DNA from: a virus
Taxonomy: Duplodnaviria > Caudoviricetes
DNA length: 50,785 nucleotides
IMG/VR virus record: IMGVR_UViG_3300008005_000900
Span: 1 to 50,785 of that record
Direction: 5' to 3' (one strand)
Shown: positions 43,825 to 50,785 of the stretch, piece after piece
Position numbering within the stretch: the first letter of the stretch is position 1
Layout of the letters: every line of letters starts with the position of its first letter
The notes under the pieces: model-generated
What the model saw: only the letters and a program-made list of their open reading frames with translations
The model's database searches: none
What the model was told of the DNA's origin: nothing
Position numbers and translations under genes: made by a program

Positions 43825-44102
43825 GCTACGAAAAGATTTTCCAAGGAAATGGCAAGACATTTAGCGCCTCTTATGAGGCTAAAAAGTGGCTTTCAGATAA
43901 TGGTTATAGCTACGGCGTTTCATGTATTGGCGGCCCAATAGGTGTAATTAAAGGTGATGCCATTATTTCAAAATGGCACAACATGACCAGAAAAGAGCAG
44001 TCAGAAATGGACGGGCTTTTATATACGGATCGAGAAGGTCCCGCTCGACTAGTTTTAAAAGTGGCGCCAACTAAACCCGCGGGAGTAAATGACAGTGAGT
44101 AA
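43821..44102 (+). CDS. conserved hypothetical phage protein
   Basis: F.A.YEAKKWL.DNGYSYG...PIG...ISKWHNM...MDG....REGP pattern. Confidence 0.7.
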   Translation: MSYEKIFQGNGKTFSASYEAKKWLSDNGYSYGVSCIGGPIGVIKGDAIISKWHNMTRKEQSEMDGLLYTDREGPARLVLKVAPTKPAGVNDSE

Positions 44103-44976
44103 TCAAACAACAGAAAACCAAAATGAAATGGCAATGGTGCATGTTTCAACAACTGACATGATCCTTGACTACAGAGCAATGGAGCAAATGGATAGATTGG
44201 CTAATTTAATGGCTTCTGGCAAATCAACAGTTCCAGCCCACTTGCAAGGTAATCCAGCCGATTGCATGGCTATTATTATGCAAGCTGCACAATGGAAAAT
44301 GAACCCGTATGCGGTAGGTCAAAAAACGCACGTAGTTAATGGGACTCTTGGATATGAGGCTCAACTAATCAACGCTGTTGTTTCTTCATCTAAAGCCATT
44401 CAGAACGCTTTTGCTTATGAGTGGTACGGCCCATGGGAAAAGGTTATTGGTAAGTTTGAAACAAAGGTAAATCAATCAGGTAAACCTTACCAAGTGCCAG
44501 GATGGAAACCTAATGATGAAGTTGGTTGTGGCATTAAAGTTTCTGCTTTATTGCGCGGTGAAACTATCCCAAGAGAATTGGATCTTCTTTTGTCACAAGC
44601 TCAAGTTAGAAACTCCACTTTGTGGGCATCTGATCCAAAGCAGCAACTTGCTTACTTAGCTGTTAAGCGCTGGGCTCGTTTATATGCACCAGCGGTAGTA
44701 ATGGGAGTTTATTCATCTGATGAATTAGAGGCACCAATTGATGTGGCCAATGAGCGCGTTGTTAATCCTCAACCTCATGATGATGTTAGCGAAATAGTTG
44801 AAAAAGATATTTATACGCAAGAACAGTTTAATGAGTTTGCCAACGTTTGGGCTAACGCTATTCAAGCAAAGAAAACTACGCCAGCAAATATCATTAAAAA
44901 AATCTCTCAAATCCACGATGTGCCAGCAGACATAATCAAGCAAATTAATGAACTAACTCAGGAGCAACCACAATGA
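44089..44976 (+). CDS. recT: RecT-family single-strand annealing protein
   Basis: VPAHLQGNPADCMAIIMQA.QW.MNPYAV.QKTHVVNG.LGYEAQL; W..DPKQQLAYLA.KRWARLY.P. Confidence 0.85.
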   Translation: MTVSNQTTENQNEMAMVHVSTTDMILDYRAMEQMDRLANLMASGKSTVPAHLQGNPADCMAIIMQAAQWKMNPYAVGQKTHVVNGTLGYEAQLINAVVSSSKAIQNAFAYEWYGPWEKVIGKFETKVNQSGKPYQVPGWKPNDEVGCGIKVSALLRGETIPRELDLLLSQAQVRNSTLWASDPKQQLAYLAVKRWARLYAPAVVMGVYSSDELEAPIDVANERVVNPQPHDDVSEIVEKDIYTQEQFNEFANVWANAIQAKKTTPANIIKKISQIHDVPADIIKQINELTQEQPQ

Positions 44977-46607
44977 TCGAACTAGACCTAATCCAAGGAA
45001 GCCCTGAGTGGCTAAAAGAAAGACTTGAGAACTTTACCGCTTCAGAAGCCCCAATGATGATGGGTGTTTCAAAGTTCTTTAGTCGTACCCAGTTACTTGA
45101 TCACAAAAAAGGCTGGATAACTGAAATAGATACGTTTACTCAAAAACGTTTTGACGACGGTCATAAATCCGAAGCAATGGCTCGCCCTATTGCAGCAAAG
45201 ATTGCTAAGGCTGATTTTTACCCCGTTGTTGGATTACTTGAAGATACTAAATATTTGGCGTCATTTGATGGATTAACAATGCTTGGTGACGTTCTTTTTG
45301 AACATAAAGGGCATAACAAGGTTTTAGCTGAAAACGTCTTAAATGGCGTTTTAGAGCCAGAATACTACTGGCAATTAGAGCATCAATTATTAGTGTCCGG
45401 TGCTGATAAAGTGCTATTTGTTTGCAGTGACGGCACCGAAGAAAAGTTTTATTCAATGTGGTACGAGTCAATCCCTGAAAGACGTGCTGAGTTAATAGCA
45501 GGCTGGGAGCAATTCGCCATTGATTTAGATAATCATGTGCCAGAAGCCAAAGCGGAAAAAGTAAGCGCTGAAGTAATCAGAGACTTACCCGCTATCACTT
45601 ACAAAATGAACGGCCTTAGCCTGGTATCTAACCTTGATGATTATAAAGCGGCAGCAAATAACCTGGTTGAAAAATCAAAGGCAGTAATCGAAACCGATCA
45701 AGATTTTGCCAACGCTGAAGCTCGTCAAAAAGTATTCACCAAAGCTGAAAAGGACATTGCTGAATTATGTGATCGCGTATTGGGCGAGGTGGCCGACATT
45801 GACGCATTCACCAAAGATTTAAAATACATCGGCGCACAAATCAGAGAAGCCCGTTTATCTGAAGCCAAGCAGATCACCAAGCGTAAAGAAGATATTCGCC
45901 TTGCCATTTTAACCGATGCAAAAAATGTGCTTCAAACAGCTATAGACGAAGCCGAGCAACGCCTTAAATGCCGTCTACCTAATCTGACTTGTGATGTTCT
46001 TCAAGCAATGAAGGGCAAGAAAACAATCGACAGCCTTAAAGATGCCGCAGCAACCGAAGTGGCAAACGGCAAAATTGAAATCACCAATCTATTAAATGTT
46101 GCCTTAACAAACATGGCAACTATCCGCGAACTGGCGCCGGGCCATAAGCACTTGTTTAATGATTGGCCATCGATTGCATTTAAGGCTAATGATGATTTTA
46201 CGGCATTAGTTAAAACTCGTTTGATTGACGAGCAAGCCAGAATTGACGCAGAGCGCGCCAAAATACGCGCTGAAGAAGAAGCTAAAGCCAAGGCTGACGC
46301 TGAAGTCAAAATTCTTGCTGAGCAGGCAGAGATTGCACGTAATCAAGCACCGCATGATGACAAGGCAGAAGCCTTACGCAATGCTTTTTTAGAAGCTGAA
46401 GGTAAATACGAAGAATCGTTGATGGAAAGCAAGCACAGTCATGCCACGACCATCCAGCAAGTTACCCCCGCCGCCAATGACAGGCCACTTACCGAAATCG
46501 AGCAAGCGTATGCCGCCGGCTTTAAAGCTGGCATGAACTTCAAAGGCATTCGCTATGAAGGCATCGAAAACACCAAAGCCATTCAATACACAGGAGAAGC
46601 GGCATAA
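44973..46607 (+). CDS. YqaJ/lambda-Exo family exonuclease with long coiled-coil tail
   Basis: QGSPEWL..R...[29 protein letters not shown]. Confidence 0.85.
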   Translation: MIELDLIQGSPEWLKERLENFTASEAPMMMGVSKFFSRTQLLDHKKGWITEIDTFTQKRFDDGHKSEAMARPIAAKIAKADFYPVVGLLEDTKYLASFDGLTMLGDVLFEHKGHNKVLAENVLNGVLEPEYYWQLEHQLLVSGADKVLFVCSDGTEEKFYSMWYESIPERRAELIAGWEQFAIDLDNHVPEAKAEKVSAEVIRDLPAITYKMNGLSLVSNLDDYKAAANNLVEKSKAVIETDQDFANAEARQKVFTKAEKDIAELCDRVLGEVADIDAFTKDLKYIGAQIREARLSEAKQITKRKEDIRLAILTDAKNVLQTAIDEAEQRLKCRLPNLTCDVLQAMKGKKTIDSLKDAAATEVANGKIEITNLLNVALTNMATIRELAPGHKHLFNDWPSIAFKANDDFTALVKTRLIDEQARIDAERAKIRAEEEAKAKADAEVKILAEQAEIARNQAPHDDKAEALRNAFLEAEGKYEESLMESKHSHATTIQQVTPAANDRPLTEIEQAYAAGFKAGMNFKGIRYEGIENTKAIQYTGEAA

Positions 46608-47143
46608 TGGCTACTAAAGGCGTAAACCTCGTAATTTTAATTGGCAACCTTGGCCAAGATCCTGAAGTTCGCTACATGCCCAACGGTGATGCAGTGGCTA
46701 ACCTAACCTTGGCAACTAGCGAAAGTTGGAAGAACCAAGCCGGTGAGCTGCAAGAACGCACCGAATGGCACCGCATAACAATGTACAGAAAGCTTGGCGA
46801 AATCGCTGGTGAATATCTGCGCAAAGGTTCACAGATTTATGTTGAAGGTAAGTTGCAGACACGCAAATGGACTGACCAGCAAGGCCAAGACCGTTACACC
46901 ACTGAAATAATTGCTGACAACATGCAAATGCTAGGAAGCAAGCCGAACTCCGGCCAAGAAGATTACCGAGGACAGGCAGGGAGTAATCAGGCTAACCCTA
47001 CTAACCATAAAGCGGGAAACGCGCAACGGAATCAGCCAGCCAACCAGCCAGCCAATCGTGGCTCACAGGCTCCGCAGAATGGGCAAAATCAAGCGCCAAT
47101 GGGTGAGCCTGATTTTAATTTTGACGATGATATTCCGTTTTAG
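46607..47143 (+). CDS. ssb: single-stranded DNA-binding protein
   Basis: [19 protein letters not shown]...TEWHR...[19 protein letters not shown]; C-terminal DDDIPF. Confidence 0.95.
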   Translation: MATKGVNLVILIGNLGQDPEVRYMPNGDAVANLTLATSESWKNQAGELQERTEWHRITMYRKLGEIAGEYLRKGSQIYVEGKLQTRKWTDQQGQDRYTTEIIADNMQMLGSKPNSGQEDYRGQAGSNQANPTNHKAGNAQRNQPANQPANRGSQAPQNGQNQAPMGEPDFNFDDDIPF

Positions 47144-47150
47144 CTTACGT

Positions 47151-47577
47151 ATGAACCCATCAATAACCCTACTCCAAGGCATGGAGACTGAAGAAACAAT
47201 TGATAAGGCTCTGGCTGAAACTCGCATAAAAAGCGAGGGCGTTATCAAAGCTTTGAAGTTGCACTTTGTTGATAACTGGCCTGCATCAATGGCTTACATG
47301 GCAGTTGATGTTAAATAGCAAAACTTTGATCGGGCAGTGGGTCAGGGCAAGAGCATGAATGCTCACTTTTTCATCAGATGACCGAAAAACTTCATCAAAG
47401 CACTCCAAGAGGAAGTCGAATTGATGAATAAACAGTTAAAAATCGGTCAAGCGATAGACTAAATGTGTTCAAAAAATGTTCGTGATCTTGCCCTGGGCAG
47501 TGGGTACTTTAAATGCTGCATATAGAAAACTTGAAACCGATGTGAATGAAAACATCACTAGAGAGGTAGCGGAATGA
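47151..47577 (+). pseudogene. PapB/FocB-like regulator disrupted by an amber stop and a MITE
   Basis: TRIKSEGVIKALKLHFV...VK*QNFDRAVG, continuing in frame as TLNAAYRKLE...VAE* once the insert is removed. Confidence 0.7.
47343..47495. mobile_element. 153-bp MITE with terminal inverted repeats and 10-bp target-site duplication
   Basis: left end CAGGGCAAGAGCATGAA, right end reverse complement CAGGGCAAGATCACGAA; flanked by GGCAGTGGGT at 47333-47342 and 47496-47505. Confidence 0.88.
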
Positions 47578-48125
47578 CTGATTTAATTAGTTCTGATTTA
47601 GACGATGACATGAAAAACAGTTGGGGTACTGACCCTGTTATTTTTAATGCTTTGAATAAGGAATTTAACTTTGGCATTGACCTTGCCGCTTCAAAAAATA
47701 ATGCGCTGTTGCCTGTGTTTTTCACTAAAGAGCTAGACGCATTAAAAATGGACTGGTCAACAAGTTTTAGAACTTTAGGCACCAAGAATGCTTTTTGCAA
47801 TCCCCCATACGGCAAAGGCTATATCAAGCGGTTTTTCAATAAAGCAATAGAGCAAAAATCTAAAGGTGTAACAAGTGTTTTCTTGGTGCCTGCAACGCTT
47901 GATGCTCAATGGTTGCCCATTAATGAAATTTCTGAAATACGCATTATCACCGGTGGCCGATTAAGCTTTTATCACCCCATCACCGGTAAAAAAGTAAACG
48001 GTAACACTAAAGGCTCTATGTTCGTAATTTTCAGTCCGTCAACAATGCCGTTATCTATTCGTTTAGTCGATAGAAATGAATTACTAGAGTTAGGTGCCAA
48101 CGATAAATTTAACTTAGCGGCTTGA
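47574..48125 (+). CDS. phage DNA N6-adenine methyltransferase (phage Dam family)
   Basis: W.TDP..F.ALNKEF.F.IDLAAS..NA, FCNPPY, V.LVPA, EIRII.GGRLSF. Confidence 0.88.
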   Translation: MTDLISSDLDDDMKNSWGTDPVIFNALNKEFNFGIDLAASKNNALLPVFFTKELDALKMDWSTSFRTLGTKNAFCNPPYGKGYIKRFFNKAIEQKSKGVTSVFLVPATLDAQWLPINEISEIRIITGGRLSFYHPITGKKVNGNTKGSMFVIFSPSTMPLSIRLVDRNELLELGANDKFNLAA

Positions 48126-48132
48126 GGTGAAT

Positions 48133-48453
48133 ATGAATAACGAAGAAATTTTAAAGAATGCGCCTGATGGTGCAACGGTTTTAGCCGAACTGGTAGCCAA
48201 GGATAAGCGCATTGCAGAGCTTGAGAAAGAGCTTGGCCAGAGATTGCACCACTTTGTAGGGTATACAAACGGCAATCAAATATCCTACGCAAAAGAAGAA
48301 GAAGGATCTTTCTATCCAGATACAGACAACGATTGCTACATACCCCTTTATATGCTCGACGTTCACTTGCATAGACTTGGTGGTACGGAAAGCGAAGAAT
48401 GGATGAACTCGTTGCAAACCAAACAACTACGCGCAGAGGAGCAAGGGCAATGA
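48133..48453 (+). CDS. mosaic hypothetical protein
   Basis: GAGGTG RBS; EILKNAPDGAT, KRIAELE, CYIPLY modules. Confidence 0.6.
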   Translation: MNNEEILKNAPDGATVLAELVAKDKRIAELEKELGQRLHHFVGYTNGNQISYAKEEEGSFYPDTDNDCYIPLYMLDVHLHRLGGTESEEWMNSLQTKQLRAEEQGQ

Positions 48454-48674
48454 TTAGAATAATGAACTCGCCACTAACAAATACAATTTTTGCTGGTCAA
48501 GTTAATACTAAAACTAACACGTGGAAACCTAATAAGTCTAACGTTACTTTAGATGCTTTAGTTGCTGTGGCTCAGCACGTTTCTAATTTTGGTAAGCCAG
48601 TAAAAATAATGTTTAAGCAGATCGCTAAAGAGGCAACTTACTGGATGCCAATGCCGCCAAAGGCAGGTGAATGA
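48450..48674 (+). CDS. hypothetical protein, apparently chimeric with a DUF551-like tail
   Basis: SPLTNTIFAG...K.NVT..AL.AVAQH fused to TYWMPMPP. Confidence 0.6.
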   Translation: MIRIMNSPLTNTIFAGQVNTKTNTWKPNKSNVTLDALVAVAQHVSNFGKPVKIMFKQIAKEATYWMPMPPKAGE

Positions 48675-49132
48675 TGGCATACGCAGAAAACACAACTGTA
48701 AGCACTGAAAAAAGTCGCGGTGAAATTGAGCGCACTTTGCAGAAATACGGTGCTGACCAATTCATGTATGGATGGGACGAATCAAAAGCTGTGATCGGTT
48801 TCAGAATGGCTGGTAGACAGATTAAATTTCTATTACCAATGCCTGACAAAAAAGACCGTAAGTTTACTCACGATAGCCGTAACAAGCTACGTCCTGAGAC
48901 TGCTCAGTTTAAGGACTGGGAGCAAGCTTGTCGTCAAAAGTGGCGAGCAATGGCTTTAGTTATTAAAGCAAAGCTTGAGGCTTGTGAGGCTGGCATAGCA
49001 ATCTTTGAGGATGAATTCATGGCTAACATTGTTCTGCCAAACGGCTCAACGGTGAGTCAGTTTATGTTGCCGCAAATTAAAACAGCTTATGAGCAAGGCA
49101 GTATGCCAAATATGCTCCCTGATTTAAGGTGA
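48671..49132 (+). CDS. conserved hypothetical phage protein
   Basis: YAENT.V..EKSR.EIE..L..YGA.QF...RQKWRA..L.IKAKLEA...GI..FEDEF.A.IVLP.G.T. Confidence 0.8.
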   Translation: MMAYAENTTVSTEKSRGEIERTLQKYGADQFMYGWDESKAVIGFRMAGRQIKFLLPMPDKKDRKFTHDSRNKLRPETAQFKDWEQACRQKWRAMALVIKAKLEACEAGIAIFEDEFMANIVLPNGSTVSQFMLPQIKTAYEQGSMPNMLPDLR

Positions 49133-49135
49133 TTA

Positions 49136-49288
49136 ATGATGAATAAATCACTCAAAAAATACAAATCTGCCAAATACCACGATACTCGCTTTTACTTTGG
49201 CAATTGGACAATAGAAAGGCTATGTAAGGTTTTTGGCGAAGTTGAAATAACTTTGGTTAAACGTAGCGAGGCCGCCGAATGCAAATAA
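49136..49288 (+). CDS. small hypothetical protein (50 aa)
   Basis: read by hand; AAGGTG RBS; fills the gap before the excisionase. Confidence 0.45.
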   Translation: MMNKSLKKYKSAKYHDTRFYFGNWTIERLCKVFGEVEITLVKRSEAAECK

Positions 49289-49482
49289 TACACGGGCCTG
49301 AACTTGCTTTGATTACAGGATTCAAGCAAGCAACTAAGCAAAAAAGCTGGCTTGAGTCCGAAGGCATCACTTACAAAGTTAATGCAAATGGCGTTGTTTA
49401 CACCACAGATGACTGGATGAACGGCAAAGACAAGTACCAGGCGCAGAATGATGACGGTTTTAACATCGGAGCAATAGCATAA
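49279..49482 (+). CDS. excisionase-like protein (DUF4224)
   Basis: EL..ITG.KQ..KQ..WL...GI.Y.V...G; immediately upstream of the integrase. Confidence 0.8.
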   Translation: MQIIHGPELALITGFKQATKQKSWLESEGITYKVNANGVVYTTDDWMNGKDKYQAQNDDGFNIGAIA

Positions 49483-50489
49483 TGCCAAGGCGCAGAAAGG
49501 ATCCTGATTATAACTGGTTGCCAGATCGGGTTTATATTCATGGCAACAACTATGTTTATCAACCTAAAGCCGGTGGCAAGATTAAACTTTGCCCGGTTAG
49601 CGCTGGCAAGCTTGAGGTATTAAAGCGCCACGAGCAGGAACAAGGGCGGGTTAACAACGGTGTGTTTTTTGAAAGTGTTATTGCTGAATTTTATAAAAGT
49701 GATTCTTTCCAAAAATTAGCGATAAGAACGCGCAAGGATTACACCAGTTACCAAAAAACATTGGCAGAGGTTTTCGGCAAAATGCGGCCTAATGCCATTG
49801 AGCCACATCATGTGCGCCTGTTCATGGACGCGCTAGCTAAAAAACGTGGCACTGCAGCAAAGCCAGCCAATGCAACAGCTAATCTACACAAAGCATGTCT
49901 GCAGAAGATATGTTCTTGGGCGCTGCAGTGTGGCAAGTTAAAAAATAATCCATGTGTGGGTGTTGAGAAGTGCGAAGTAAACTCACGAGATCGTTATATA
50001 ACGGATCAAGAGTATCAAGCCATCTATCAACTAGCTTCACCAGCCTGCAGAGTTGCCATGGAGATTAGTTACCTTTGCATGGCTCGTATTGGTGATGTAA
50101 TGAAACTTACTTACCGCGATGTTTTGGAAGATGGTTTATTCATCGAGCAAAGCAAAACAGGCAAGAAGCAAATAAAGCTTTGGTCTGACCGTTTGCGCCA
50201 AGCTATCAATGATGCGCGTTCCCTGCCCCGTAAAACTGGCATGACGACGATATTTTTAATAAGTAAGCCTGACGGCTCTAAATACTCCATCCGTACCATC
50301 CAGGCTGATTACAGCAAGGCTCGTGATGCTGCAGGTATAACAGGCTGCACACTGCATGACATCAAGGCTAAATCTATTAGCGACTTTGAAGGTACACTTT
50401 CAGAAAAACAAAACGCTGCAGGTCACACGACTGCAGCACAAACCGCGAACTATGATCGCAAAATTAAAATAGTTAAAACGACGAGGTGA
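49482..50489 (+). CDS. int: tyrosine recombinase / phage integrase
   Basis: catalytic set R (MARIGD), K (QSKTG), HDIKAK, GH, Y (ANYDRK); N-terminal MPRRRK..LPDRVY arm-binding region. Confidence 0.92.
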   Translation: MPRRRKDPDYNWLPDRVYIHGNNYVYQPKAGGKIKLCPVSAGKLEVLKRHEQEQGRVNNGVFFESVIAEFYKSDSFQKLAIRTRKDYTSYQKTLAEVFGKMRPNAIEPHHVRLFMDALAKKRGTAAKPANATANLHKACLQKICSWALQCGKLKNNPCVGVEKCEVNSRDRYITDQEYQAIYQLASPACRVAMEISYLCMARIGDVMKLTYRDVLEDGLFIEQSKTGKKQIKLWSDRLRQAINDARSLPRKTGMTTIFLISKPDGSKYSIRTIQADYSKARDAAGITGCTLHDIKAKSISDFEGTLSEKQNAAGHTTAAQTANYDRKIKIVKTTR

Positions 50490-50491
50490 TT

Positions 50492-50785
50492 ATGTCAAAG
50501 ATTTCGAATCTTAATGAAATTGACAGCATTAAAGTTCATTGGTCAGAAAGCGAATATATAAATAATGTTCTTTGTTGTGATGAAAACTCAGACATAGAAA
50601 AAGAAGTCGATGTTTTTGCTTTCGATTCAATAATTAGCCAGGCTAGTAAAGAAATATCTTCAGGGTATGATAAAACAAGCTTATCTATAAAGCTTAAAAG
50701 TGGTCTGCAGTGGTGCTTTGAAAGCAAATTCCATATAACAAGCAGAACGTCTAATTTATTAGAGCTTTTAAATGTCGGGCAGTAA
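50492..50785 (+). CDS. LPD25-like stand-alone protein
   Basis: IKVHWSES...FD......GYDKT.L.I motifs; GAGGTG RBS before ATG at 50492. Confidence 0.55.
   Translation: MSKISNLNEIDSIKVHWSESEYINNVLCCDENSDIEKEVDVFAFDSIISQASKEISSGYDKTSLSIKLKSGLQWCFESKFHITSRTSNLLELLNVGQ

Noticed and set aside
47030-47056. Short CAGCCAGCCAA repeat in ssb
   Set aside because: Ordinary low-complexity NQPA linker of SSB.
47316-47318. In-frame TAG as evidence of stop-codon recoding
   Set aside because: Other genes (scaffold, holin, ssb) end normally at TAG, no suppressor tRNA was seen, and the same gene is also broken by a MITE, so simple decay explains it.
50350-50375. Integrase HxxR motif reads HDIK, suggesting inactivation
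   Set aside because: HD(L/I)KAK is a common variant in this phage integrase subgroup and the other catalytic residues are present.

Overview
The window holds an essentially complete ~50.8 kb temperate, short-tailed (podovirus-like) dsDNA phage or prophage with lambdoid early organisation. The host is probably a gammaproteobacterium, inferred from an E. coli-type SOS box and sigma70 promoters. The minus strand, read from ~40.7 kb leftwards, carries cro, replication (initiator with iterons, DnaB), nin-like genes, Q and the late promoter, lysis genes, terS/terL, portal, scaffold, an N4-gp56-type capsid, adaptor/nozzle/short fibre, ejection proteins, a 3293-aa polyvalent ejected protein and a 1892-aa multidomain fibre with an SGNH esterase. 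The plus strand carries a repressor and the left early operon (RecT, YqaJ exonuclease, SSB, adenine methylase, excisionase, tyrosine integrase). The most striking element lies in the immunity region. Next to a 434-like repressor that lacks the S24 autocleavage domain sits a three-gene operon behind a near-perfect LexA box, encoding a secreted two-Cys peptide, a ~5-TM membrane protein and a membrane-anchored cytoplasmic protein. This is a candidate SOS-gated, peptide-based lysis/lysogeny communication system in a Gram-negative phage. Also found: a 153-bp MITE with a 10-bp target duplication splitting a PapB-like gene, ssrA-tag-like C-termini, and a headless RHH-like gene remnant. All family calls come from motif recognition by eye, with no database searches.
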